A stretch of DNA of 45,883 nucleotides, taken from NCBI GenBank assembly GCA_964561655.1, contig CAZLQG010000002.1, forward strand, positions 1-45,883, given 5' to 3'. The DNA is from an uncultured Candidatus Saccharibacteria bacterium. Lineage in GTDB: Bacteria > Patescibacteriota > Doudnabacteria > UBA920. Below the pieces are notes generated by a model. It was not told the DNA's origin and did no database searches. It was given only the letters and a program-made list of their open reading frames with translations. The translations under genes and the position numbers were made by a program. Shown one piece after another: positions 8,824-17,562 of the stretch (positions are counted from its first letter, which is position 1; each line of letters opens with the position of its first letter).

Positions 8824-9594
8824 CTAATTACTATTGACTATAATTGCTTTTTCAATTACCACTGGAAAAACCGGCTTGCCGTCCGTGGGCCCAAGTCCCG
8901 GCGTAATGTCTACTTGGCCTATTTTATCCACCGCGGCCTGCCCGGAAACCACCCTGCCAAAAATTGTATAGTCATTGGGCAAAGAAGCGTCTTCCAGCAT
9001 TATAAAAAATTGGCTGGTGTTAGTATTGGACCCGCGGTTCGCCATAGCCAGCACGCCTTTTTTGTATCCTTGTTTATAGCTTTCTTTTTGCGGATCCAAC
9101 TCGTCTACAAATTCTCCTCCAAAAGCGCTCTCGCCCCCGCTTCCCGTGCCAGTGGGATCCCCGCTCTGGATTACAAAACCTTTGGCCACTCGATGGAAAG
9201 TAAGACAGTCATAATAGCCTGCGTTTACCAACCTTAAAAAATTCTCCACCGCCAAAGGCGCATCCTTCTCGTACAATTCCAAACTAATTTTACCAAAATC
9301 TCTTACCAAAAACTCCACGGTTTTATTTTTGATGTCAATCTGCCCGGTTTGAAGTTTTTCCCGGTCAAAAACCCTTTGGCAATTATTCAAATTTTCCTCC
9401 AAAAGCCCCTGCACCTGCCCTTCCGCTTCTCCAGCCGGCATTGATTGGTCGCTGTTGTCCGCTGCTTGCGTTTGCTGCTTTTCTGAATCAAACGCTTTTT
9501 CCTGGCCATTCAGCCCAAGTCGCCAAAAAACAAAAAAACCGGCGGCCAAAATTACAATTGCAATAAGCGTATAAGCTAAAATCTTGTTTGACAT
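8824..9594 (-). CDS. membrane-anchored cyclophilin-type peptidyl-prolyl isomerase
   Basis: N-terminal TM helix, then FHRVAKGFVIQSGDP...GVLAMANRGSNTNTSQFFI. Confidence 0.9.
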   Translation of the reverse strand: MSNKILAYTLIAIVILAAGFFVFWRLGLNGQEKAFDSEKQQTQAADNSDQSMPAGEAEGQVQGLLEENLNNCQRVFDREKLQTGQIDIKNKTVEFLVRDFGKISLELYEKDAPLAVENFLRLVNAGYYDCLTFHRVAKGFVIQSGDPTGTGSGGESAFGGEFVDELDPQKESYKQGYKKGVLAMANRGSNTNTSQFFIMLEDASLPNDYTIFGRVVSGQAAVDKIGQVDITPGLGPTDGKPVFPVVIEKAIIVNSN

Positions 9595-9649
9595 AGGAAA
9601 TTCTCAAAAATTAAGATTGGTAATATCTTACCATACTGCGGCCGATTTT

Positions 9650-11083
9650 TCAACCGTTTTTCAAAGCTTTAAAATTCAACCTTTTTAAAAATAAATAAAA
9701 CCCGGATATTAAAAAACTAAAAATAATCAGCCCACCCGCAGAAAACTTAACTTCCACACTGGCAAACGGCAAAGCAGCGAAACATTCCGCCACCTTCAAG
9801 ATATAAGCCAAAAGCCAGTCGGCCAAAAGCGCAAACCCAGGCGAAACCAAAGGCAGCGCGATTAAAAACCCAAATAACATGGCCCAAGGCACGACAGGCA
9901 AAACCAAAACATTAACCACTAAAGCCACCACGCTTAAGCGTCCAAAATAAAACAACACCAAAGGCAAGGTCGTAAGGGTCGCCGCGAAAGTCGCTAATAT
10001 TATGCCCTTTGCCCCTAAAAATTCCGGCCACTCTGCCATCAATTTTTCCAGCTGGGGCAGCAAATAAACAATCCCCATGGTGGCCACGAACGAAAGCTGA
10101 AAACTAATATCCCAATATAAAATTTTAGGATTAATTAAAAGCATGCCCGAACCGGCCAAAGCCAAGGCCGGGGTAATGGCATACATCCGGCCGATATTAA
10201 AAGAAATTAAAAGCAAAGCCCCCATTATGCCTGCGCGCATTACAGAGGCCGACCCGCCGGAAAGCACCACAAAGCCGATGATGATGGCAAGCGAAATCCA
10301 AAAGCTAGTCCGCCTGCCAAACAGGCGCGCCAGGGCCGCAAGCGCGGAAATAATTATGGTAATGTTAAAGCCGGAAATTGCCACAATATGCGAGGTGCCA
10401 GTGGTATTGAAGTTGTCTATAACGCTCTGAGGCAGGGTTTTTCTGGCGCCTATCAGTACTCCTAAAAGCAGACTGCTCTTGGGCTCTTTTAAATATTTAC
10501 CGACGTGCCGCGCGAAAGCGTACTTGATTTTAAGCAAAGCCTCTTTTACCGGATTTAATTTTGAATTTTTTAAAACTAAAATTTTTGGGTACGACATCAA
10601 AGCATACACGTTAAACCGCTGTAAATATCCCGGGTAATCAAAATCTTCAAAAATTTTGGGCTCTTTGAGTTTACCTTCCACGACAACCCAATCGCCGTAA
10701 AAATATTCATTGGCTTTGGTGGTAGTCAAAAGTATGCGCTGATGACGGTTGTTTGGCTGAAAGGTAATCATTTGTTTGTCTGTGCGGATGTCTATATCTT
10801 CCACAATATATCCTTCCAGCTTTTGTTTAGTTTCTATTATGCTTCCAAACTCATTATCCTTTAAGGTTGATTGGAATCTGGACACGCCCGCACAAACAAA
10901 AAAAACCAGCGCCATTGCAAGCGCTGTTTTGAAATATTTAGAATAAAAGGCCAAGGCAAAACCGGCCGCGGCAATAGCCATCGGTAAAAAGATGATTTGT
11001 CTGCCAGGTGTATAAACCGATGCAATAAAAACGCCGAGCGCAAAACTCACGCAGACTAAAACAAAAATTCTGCTTTTACTCAT
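9650..11083 (-). CDS. comEC: ComEC/Rec2-type competence channel protein (core only)
   Basis: 477-aa polytopic protein with GTSHIVAISGFNITII block. No C-terminal metallo-beta-lactamase domain is visible. Confidence 0.8.
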   Translation of the reverse strand: MSKSRIFVLVCVSFALGVFIASVYTPGRQIIFLPMAIAAAGFALAFYSKYFKTALAMALVFFVCAGVSRFQSTLKDNEFGSIIETKQKLEGYIVEDIDIRTDKQMITFQPNNRHQRILLTTTKANEYFYGDWVVVEGKLKEPKIFEDFDYPGYLQRFNVYALMSYPKILVLKNSKLNPVKEALLKIKYAFARHVGKYLKEPKSSLLLGVLIGARKTLPQSVIDNFNTTGTSHIVAISGFNITIIISALAALARLFGRRTSFWISLAIIIGFVVLSGGSASVMRAGIMGALLLISFNIGRMYAITPALALAGSGMLLINPKILYWDISFQLSFVATMGIVYLLPQLEKLMAEWPEFLGAKGIILATFAATLTTLPLVLFYFGRLSVVALVVNVLVLPVVPWAMLFGFLIALPLVSPGFALLADWLLAYILKVAECFAALPFASVEVKFSAGGLIIFSFLISGFYLFLKRLNFKALKNG

Positions 11084-11327
11084 TTATTTCAAAAACTTTT
11101 TGTTTTGATTTCTGCCCGCTAATTAAGCTTATTTGGTATTTCTTTACGTTCAGATGTTTGGCAAGCGCGACAATCACCGCCCTATTCGCCCTGCCTTCCA
11201 AAGGCGGCTCACTTACATAAACATGCAAACCCCCAAGCAGATCTTTTTCTATTCGCGGCTTTTTGGAGTTAGGATGGACAATTACAGTAAACTTCATATT
11301 TTCTCTAAGGACTAGTTTCTTCATCAA
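11076..11327 (-). CDS. DUF167 (YggU-like) protein
   Basis: HPNSKKPRI...EPPLEGRANRAVIVALAKHL...SGQKSKQKVF. The start is uncertain (11327 TTG, 11324 ATG or 11297 ATG). Confidence 0.75.
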   Translation of the reverse strand: MMKKLVLRENMKFTVIVHPNSKKPRIEKDLLGGLHVYVSEPPLEGRANRAVIVALAKHLNVKKYQISLISGQKSKQKVFEINE

Positions 11328-11619
11328 CGGCTTCGTCTATCTTCAAAAAATGGTTTCTTAGACTTTTTAGCCTGCCTGCATTAATGGTCTTTATCTCTCC
11401 TTCCTCCAACTTAATTTGAACCTCTGTCAAAAGTCCATTGTTCCAATCTGTTGCGATTATTTCTCCTCTGGTACCGTCTTCAATCCCTGAAGACGCCAAT
11501 CCAATAGACTGGACTAGATCTCCCTTTGCAAACCCTCCTCCTTTAGCAAACTCTCCTGATAGATGATCCTCCGCCATTTCTGCCGTATGATCATAAGTAA
11601 CTATTTCTTCTTTACTCAT
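11305..11619 (-). CDS. hypothetical protein
   Basis: 104-aa ORF with GGAAGGGA SD upstream of the ATG. No recognisable motif. Confidence 0.6.
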   Translation of the reverse strand: MSKEEIVTYDHTAEMAEDHLSGEFAKGGGFAKGDLVQSIGLASSGIEDGTRGEIIATDWNNGLLTEVQIKLEEGEIKTINAGRLKSLRNHFLKIDEAVDEETSP

Positions 11620-11637
11620 TTTTGTCCCTTCCTAAAT

Positions 11638-12075
11638 TTATAATCTTATTTTGTATTTTTCCAAAAAATACGGCAATTGGGAATGAAGTTCGTTTTCAGC
11701 TGGAAGATTATTTAGCGTAAACCATTTCACTTCATCAAACTTGTAAGGTTCGCCGTTATTTACTTGGGCAGGATCTATTAAAACTTTAAAATCTAAAGTT
11801 ACCCAATGGGTAGGCCTGCCTTTATGCTTTCTATTAATGACATTGCGGAACCCCAAAAACTCATAACTTAAAATCTCTGCGCAATATTCTTCTTTAATTT
11901 CCGTTCTTAACCTGTTTTCTATTTCATCGCCGAACTCAAGCCCTCCGGCGCCAATGTCCCATCGGTCATGTTCGTCCCTGCAATTTTTGCTCCTTTTGGC
12001 CATTAAAAGATTCCCTTTACCATCATGACAAAAGAAAACCGTGGCAACTCCAATATAATCCTGCCCTTTAATCAT
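11638..12075 (-). CDS. NUDIX hydrolase
   Basis: 145 aa with Nudix-box-like GLEFGDEIENRLRTEIKEE. Confidence 0.85.
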   Translation of the reverse strand: MIKGQDYIGVATVFFCHDGKGNLLMAKRSKNCRDEHDRWDIGAGGLEFGDEIENRLRTEIKEEYCAEILSYEFLGFRNVINRKHKGRPTHWVTLDFKVLIDPAQVNNGEPYKFDEVKWFTLNNLPAENELHSQLPYFLEKYKIRL

Positions 12076-12586
12076 TCTTATTTAAAGATGTTTGATATTT
12101 GAAATTTGATATTTGAAATTTTCTGACAAGTGCATACCCCCCAAACAAAGCCACGCTGTAAAACAAATCACCCATTAAAGTGCCACGCAAAAACGGCAGG
12201 CCGTTGATGTATGACTGGATAATTCCAAAAAAGTTATGCGGGTAGCTAGGATACAAAAACGCAAAGTTGGTTACAAGAAAAAAGATTATGGAAGCGCCGA
12301 CTGAAGAGCCTAAAATTTTAAGCCAGCGATGATTTTTGTTTTGTCTAATCCACCAGCCGAAAAACACTCCTACAAGATGAGACAAATATACGGCAACCAT
12401 CAGTGGCCAGGCGAAAAACCCCAAAAAGATGTCGGAAACAAAGCGCACGGCCAAGGGAATCGTTATTGCCTGCTTTTTTGGCAAATAAACCGCGCTAAAA
12501 ATCGCCAAAGCGGTAACTGGCGCAAAGTTCGGCATATGCGGAATAAACCTGGTTGCTATTGCTAAAACAATAATTAAATAAATCAT
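12068..12586 (-). CDS. small polytopic membrane protein (candidate vitamin/corrinoid transporter component)
   Basis: 172 aa with about five hydrophobic segments and an N-terminus containing MPNFAPVTALAIF. The last 17 aa are encoded by a 14-nt tandem repeat. It lies next to B12-related genes. Confidence 0.6.
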   Translation of the reverse strand: MIYLIIVLAIATRFIPHMPNFAPVTALAIFSAVYLPKKQAITIPLAVRFVSDIFLGFFAWPLMVAVYLSHLVGVFFGWWIRQNKNHRWLKILGSSVGASIIFFLVTNFAFLYPSYPHNFFGIIQSYINGLPFLRGTLMGDLFYSVALFGGYALVRKFQISNFKYQTSLNKND

Positions 12587-12641
12587 AAAATATTATTGTT
12601 CATATTGTCCAAAATTTAAATGAATAACCACGATTTATGGC

Positions 12642-12690
12642 AATCTTGTCATTCTTGGTCAATCTTATTTAATCTTGTCAATTATTCTAT
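12642..12690. repeat. 10-bp phased AATCTT(N4) array
   Basis: Units are aatcttgtc, attcttggtc, aatcttattt, aatcttgtca and attattctat. 12653-12676 is the exact reverse complement of 26917-26940. Confidence 0.8.
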
Positions 12691-13089
12691 CTTCTCCAAC
12701 TTCCACTCAATCCTGTCGCCGTCTTTTGGGTGGTACTGGCTGGCTCCCACCTGCGCCTGCTCGCCGTTTACATAAAACGCCCAAAATTCCGTTGTGCCAT
12801 CCGCTTTTTTGCCGTCAATACTTTCCACGAATTCGCCCACTCCGGCAAATTCTTTAGTTTCCACCTGGTGACCGCTTTTTAGCAAATCCAGTGCCGATTT
12901 ATTCTCATCGGCATAAAAATTAAACAGCTGGTCGCCACGGTCTAGCTCAAAAACCTGATGCGAAACCTGCACCCTTGGCCTTTGGCTTTCCACAATTCGG
13001 GTTGCATCGTCCTGCTTAACCTGATTACACCCCGCCGCCACTAAAACCAGAGCCAACGATAACAAAATAAGTTTGGAAATCTTTTTCAT
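12682..13089 (-). CDS. DUF4430-like lipoprotein (transcobalamin-like beta-domain, putative corrinoid binder)
   Basis: Signal peptide with lipobox LVAAGC. C-terminal FWAFYVNGEQAQVGASQYHPKDGDRIEWK is typical of DUF4430 proteins as I remember them. Confidence 0.65.
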   Translation of the reverse strand: MKKISKLILLSLALVLVAAGCNQVKQDDATRIVESQRPRVQVSHQVFELDRGDQLFNFYADENKSALDLLKSGHQVETKEFAGVGEFVESIDGKKADGTTEFWAFYVNGEQAQVGASQYHPKDGDRIEWKLEKIE

Positions 13090-13110
13090 TGAAAATTGTT
13101 TTAAAATTTA

Positions 13111-13740
13111 TTAATAATCAATCCCCCGTTGCGCCAATATCCCCTTGTAGTATGAATGCCTTACCATTTTCATTTCCGTGACTAAATCGCACATGTCTAA
13201 AATTTTAGGGTATTTGTTATGCCCGGTCAACACCAAATGCTGGAGGGGTTTCTTGATTTTGATAATATCAACAATGTCCCTTTCTTCCAAAAGCCCGGAC
13301 TCCAGCGCAGAAATAATTTCATCCAAAATTACTACTTGATATTTGCCGCTGGTGATAATTTTCTTTGCCCGGTTTAGCCCTTCCAGCGCTTGTTTTATAT
13401 GCGCTTCCCTTTCCTTTTTGTCGCCCAAGATGCCCACAAAACCCAGTCCCACCTGTTCGTTGTCGATTTTACCCACGGCTGATGGATAACTGATGTTATC
13501 AAAAAATTCTATTTCACTGGAAACCGGCCACTCCCCTTTTTCTTTTTTATTGGTTGATAATAGTTTAGCCTTTACAAACTGCAAAATATAAACGTTCATG
13601 CCAGCCCCGGAAGCCCTTACCGCCATGCCCATCGCCGCCGTGGTCTTTCCCTTCCCCGCGCCCAAATAGCAAATCACTAACCCCTTCGGCTCGTCGGAAA
13701 ATGCTGTCGGCATTTTTATCTTTTGTTTCTTTCCCGCCAT
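13111..13740 (-). CDS. ATP:cob(I)alamin adenosyltransferase, CobA/CobO/BtuR type
   Basis: P-loop GAGKGKTTAAMGMAVRASG, plus LVLTGH, DLVTEM and C-terminal RGIDY. Confidence 0.85.
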   Translation of the reverse strand: MAGKKQKIKMPTAFSDEPKGLVICYLGAGKGKTTAAMGMAVRASGAGMNVYILQFVKAKLLSTNKKEKGEWPVSSEIEFFDNISYPSAVGKIDNEQVGLGFVGILGDKKEREAHIKQALEGLNRAKKIITSGKYQVVILDEIISALESGLLEERDIVDIIKIKKPLQHLVLTGHNKYPKILDMCDLVTEMKMVRHSYYKGILAQRGIDY

Positions 13741-13915
13741 AATTTTTTAAGGCGGCGGTTACCCGCCGCCTTTGCATTTTTAGATTATTTAATAGCGCCG
13801 AGCGGATCGAATTCATTTCGGCCGCGAGGCAACAATACTTTGGAAGGGAGGAGCCCCGATGAAATCGGGGCGAGTGGGAAGGGAAACCTTTTACGAAAGG
13901 TTTTCCTCCCAGTAA

Positions 13916-16564
13916 CTATCCGCATTTTGAGTACCCGCAACCGTCGCACTTCATGCAGCCTTCGGCAAAAAACAGCATACACCCGCAGTCCGGGCAGACC
14001 GGCGAATTGCCTAGGTTGGCGATGGAAATTTTTTCTTTTTTTTGGTAAGTAAGCCGTTTGTCGCCAACGGTTTGCGATGATTTGATTTCCGCTGTTACGG
14101 TTTCGGAAATTTTAGACACTTTCGGTTTTTCTTTAGTAATTTTCGGCTTTTCTTCTTTGCTTTGCGGCAACCCAAGCTGCTGCTGGTCGCGCTTAATGTG
14201 CTTTTCTAAAATTTTTGCAATCGCATCAGGCAAAGAAAAAATCATTTCCCCGTTGGAAAAGCTCACCTCCGGCCCACGAATGCCTTTAAGTTGAGAAATT
14301 ACTTCTTCTGTGGCAATGTTGGAGCGAAGCGCCAGAGAAATCATTCTGGTTATGGCTTCCGTCTGGGCGCTAAAGAACCCGCCGGCCTTGCCCATAGTGG
14401 CAAAAACCTCAAACGGTCCATGCCCGTCTTCGTTGATGGTTACATACAAATGCCCATAGGCGGTATTCATTTTATAAGTCATGCCGTCAATTACGTCCGG
14501 CCTTTCGCGCGGGGCAATTTTAAGCTGGATGTTGCCGCCGGAGACGGACATAACTTCCTGCACCCTGTCAGGGTTGCCCGTTTTTTTGGCCTTTAATTGC
14601 TCCACCACATCTTTGCCGAGTTTGTTTTCGTCCGTGGCTAATATCTGCTCATCGCGGGAGCCGTCGCGGTAAATTGTTCCGCCCTTGCAGCCAAGCTCAT
14701 GCATTAAAGCATAAAGCTGTTTGGTCTGCTCAATGGTGTAATCCTGCGGGGCGTTGACCGTTTTGCTAATGGCCGCATCCGTCCAGCGCTGCACCGCGGC
14801 CTGCACCCGCACGTGCTCTTCGGGGGTAAGTTCCATGGCGGTCACAAAATAGTCTGGAAGCTCCTCTCCCGGGTGGCTGTCAAGCCAGTCCTGGGCAAGT
14901 TTGATTTTTTCCTCATGTACCCCAAGGCGCGATTTCCTAAAATACGTCCAGGAAAAGAAAGGTTCAATCCCGGTGCTGGTTCCCACCATTGTGCCTACAG
15001 TGCCGGTTGGCGCCTGGGTTAAAATCGTCACGTTCCTGATGCCATGCTGCCTTACCATGTTGCGGATATATTCGGGCATATTCTGCATATAGCCACCCTG
15101 CAAAAACTTTTCTCCGTCAAACTGGAAAAAAGAACCTTTCTCGCGCGCCAGCTCCACCGAAGTTTCGTACGCGGTGACCGCGATAAACTGATACAGCTTG
15201 TCAATAAAATCTACGGCCTCCTTGCTTCCGTAGCGCAAACCCACATAAATCAGCATTTCGGCAAGGCCGATAGTGCCCATGCCCACCCGGCGTTCCGAGA
15301 ATTGCTGTTTTTTATTCTCCTCAAAAAAGTACGGGGTAGCGTCTGTTACGTTGTCTTGGAACCTTACCGCCTCGCGCACCGTAAGCTTAAGCTTGTCCCA
15401 CTGCACTTCGCGTTTTTCCTTGTCTACATGCTTGGCCAAATTCACGTGCCCCAAATTACACACGCCCCAGGCCGGAAGCGGCTGCTCACCGCAAGGATTA
15501 GTGCAGGGCAAATCCGCATAGTACCAGGAATTGGAATAAAATCTCGCACGGTCAATAAAATACATTCCCGGCTCCGCCGAAGCCCAAGCTGAAGTAATAA
15601 TATTATCCCAAATATCAACCGCGCGCACAGTCTTGTGCTTAATTACTTTTCCGCCCATCTCCTTCCACTTTCTCAAATTTCCATCCCACTTGCTTTCGTA
15701 CATAGAATCACTAGGGTCGGGAAAAACCAAATCCCAAGGCTTATCTTCTTTTACGGCCTGCATAAAATCGTCTGTGACCCCTACAGAAATATTGGCGTTG
15801 GTGATTTTGCCCATTTCGCGCTTAGCGCCGATAAATTCCATTACGTCCGGATGCCAAACGTTCAAAATAAGCATTAAAGCTCCCCTGCGGCTACCTCCCT
15901 GCTCAATTAAGCCCGTAACAAAGCTGTAAAGCGATGCCCAGGAAACGCTACCGCTGCTTCTTCCGTTTACGCCTTTTACGTAAGAATAGCGCGGCCGCAA
16001 GGAAGACACATTAATGCCCACGCCGCCGCCCCGGCTCATAATTTCCGCCATCTGGCCTAAAGTCTCAAAAATTCCGCCGCGGCTGTCTTTAGGACTGGGA
16101 ATTACGTAACAATTATAAAAAGTAAGGTTCTGCCCCGTGCCCGCGCCGGTAAAAATTCTGCCGGCAGGCACGTACTTCCAGTCGTCCATTAAATCCCGAA
16201 ATTTTTCTTCCCATTCTTTTTGTTTCTGAGGCGTTGCTTCCACACTGGCAATATGCTTGGCAATTCGGGCGAACATTTGTTCCGGTACGGTTTCCAAAGG
16301 CTTGTCTACATGCTCAATGGTTCTTTCTTCAATGGAGTTGTCACGCATTTTGACTTTTACCTGCTTAGTGTTCAAATCCAAAAAATTGATTGTGCCAATC
16401 TCTCTTTGTCCGGTTTTCGGATTCACCAAAACCACCACCGTGTCGCCCACGGCCAAACTTTCCCTTTTTACGTCCTTAACCGCATAGCGGTCCAAAAAAA
16501 TTTTTTCTCCGAGTTCAGACAAAACATTCTTGGTTCTGGTTTGAAGATTTTCTTTAACTTGCAT
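13916..16564 (-). CDS. nrdJ: adenosylcobalamin-dependent (class II) ribonucleotide reductase
   Basis: LTFYNCYV, TNPCGEQPLP, GGSRRGALM, TQAPTGT and a C-terminal CPDCG...CMKCDGCG zinc ribbon. Start set to ATG 16564; the track start 16585 is GTG. Confidence 0.92.
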   Translation of the reverse strand: MQVKENLQTRTKNVLSELGEKIFLDRYAVKDVKRESLAVGDTVVVLVNPKTGQREIGTINFLDLNTKQVKVKMRDNSIEERTIEHVDKPLETVPEQMFARIAKHIASVEATPQKQKEWEEKFRDLMDDWKYVPAGRIFTGAGTGQNLTFYNCYVIPSPKDSRGGIFETLGQMAEIMSRGGGVGINVSSLRPRYSYVKGVNGRSSGSVSWASLYSFVTGLIEQGGSRRGALMLILNVWHPDVMEFIGAKREMGKITNANISVGVTDDFMQAVKEDKPWDLVFPDPSDSMYESKWDGNLRKWKEMGGKVIKHKTVRAVDIWDNIITSAWASAEPGMYFIDRARFYSNSWYYADLPCTNPCGEQPLPAWGVCNLGHVNLAKHVDKEKREVQWDKLKLTVREAVRFQDNVTDATPYFFEENKKQQFSERRVGMGTIGLAEMLIYVGLRYGSKEAVDFIDKLYQFIAVTAYETSVELAREKGSFFQFDGEKFLQGGYMQNMPEYIRNMVRQHGIRNVTILTQAPTGTVGTMVGTSTGIEPFFSWTYFRKSRLGVHEEKIKLAQDWLDSHPGEELPDYFVTAMELTPEEHVRVQAAVQRWTDAAISKTVNAPQDYTIEQTKQLYALMHELGCKGGTIYRDGSRDEQILATDENKLGKDVVEQLKAKKTGNPDRVQEVMSVSGGNIQLKIAPRERPDVIDGMTYKMNTAYGHLYVTINEDGHGPFEVFATMGKAGGFFSAQTEAITRMISLALRSNIATEEVISQLKGIRGPEVSFSNGEMIFSLPDAIAKILEKHIKRDQQQLGLPQSKEEKPKITKEKPKVSKISETVTAEIKSSQTVGDKRLTYQKKEKISIANLGNSPVCPDCGCMLFFAEGCMKCDGCGYSKCG

Positions 16565-16656
16565 AAACTTACTGTTTTTCCCCACGACCGACGGTAGCGT
16601 GGTAAATTAAATGCTGTTGATTTTTAAATTTAAAATTTGTTTTTAAAATTACAAAC

Positions 16657-17103
16657 TTATAGTTTGCGTAGTTCTTCTCTAAATTCATCCACGTCTTCAA
16701 ACTGGCGGTAAACGGAAGCAAAACGAATATACGCGACCTTGTCCACTTTCTTTAATTTTTTCATAACAATCTCGCCGATATCCAAACTCTTTATTTCCCC
16801 TGCCTTGGCTTTTTTTTGAATGTCGCGTTCCGCCGCGGAAACCAACTTCCGAATGGTAACGTCGTTGTGCTCACGTTTCTCAAGCGCCCTTTTAATTCCC
16901 CTTTCCAGTTTCTCCCTGCTATACGGTTCGCTATGGCCGTCTTTCTTGATTATGTTAAGATCCAAAATTTCCAGCTGTTCGTACGTAGAAAACCTGAATT
17001 CGCATTTTTCGCATTCCCTTCTTCTGCGAATGGCAGTACCATCTTCCACCGGACGTGAGTCCAAAACTTTAGTGTCCGCATTTTGACAATTTGGGCAGTT
17101 CAT
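16657..17103 (-). CDS. nrdR: transcriptional repressor NrdR
   Basis: MNCPNCQNADTKVLDSRPVEDGTAIRRRRECEKCEFRFSTYE zinc ribbon followed by an ATP-cone. Confidence 0.95.
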   Translation of the reverse strand: MNCPNCQNADTKVLDSRPVEDGTAIRRRRECEKCEFRFSTYEQLEILDLNIIKKDGHSEPYSREKLERGIKRALEKREHNDVTIRKLVSAAERDIQKKAKAGEIKSLDIGEIVMKKLKKVDKVAYIRFASVYRQFEDVDEFREELRKL

Positions 17104-17224
17104 ATTCCAAAAAAAAGAGAAACAAAATAATAAGCTGGCAAAAGCTCAAAACCAACTAAATTTAAGGCAAATCCCGCTGGAAGCCTAAATTTAACCTTTT
17201 AAATTTAGGTTCTTATTTCTGATA

Positions 17225-17270
17225 ACACTATATCTAGTAGAGCTCGCCTATTTATAATACTAAATATGGT
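17225..17270. promoter_or_regulatory. candidate tandem NrdR boxes upstream of nrdR-nrdJ
   Basis: ACACTATATCTAGTAG (17225-17240) matches the remembered consensus acaCwAtATaTwGtgt at 13/16. The weaker ATACTAAATATGGT (17257-17270) is centred about 32 bp away. Confidence 0.5.
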
Positions 17271-17520
17271 AAAAAAGTAAAACCCTGTTAAACACAACCA
17301 AACTTAGAAAACCATTCCGGCTTATCCACAAAATAAAAAAATTCTTCTTTTCCGCTTTGGCCACAACCAGTAATGTCAAGCGGCTTTTATCTTTTATTTA
17401 AAGGATAAAAATATTTTTGTTAAAAATGCAAACGGGTCATATTGAATTTACAAAAAAGCAAAAAGCAGCAAAAAAATATTAAAATATTTTCATAAACATG
17501 AGCGGGCTTCAGATTTAAAA

Positions 17521-17546
17521 AGCCTCCCAATGCTGGAAGGCTTTTT
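17521..17546 (-). terminator. rho-independent terminator after the 147-aa ORF
   Basis: Minus strand reads AGCCTTCC-AGCATT-GGGAGGCT followed by TTTTT. The G.U pair works only on the minus strand. Confidence 0.7.
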
Positions 17547-17562
17547 AAACAATATGTTCGAC

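Noticed and set aside
8470-9237. 255-aa plus-strand ORF
   Set aside because: It is antisense to both ndk and the cyclophilin gene and crosses their intergenic gap, so it is a shadow ORF. The other antisense ORFs inside groEL, nrdJ, ftsZ, ftsA, topA, hlyD and the permeases are rejected for the same reason.
13741-13915. Canonical cobalamin riboswitch upstream of btuR/DUF4430
   Set aside because: The context is right and the spacer is structured. However, I cannot find the GCCACUG B12 box or the GGUG..AA.UCC...CCCGC core on the minus strand. It is kept only as an unclassified structured spacer.
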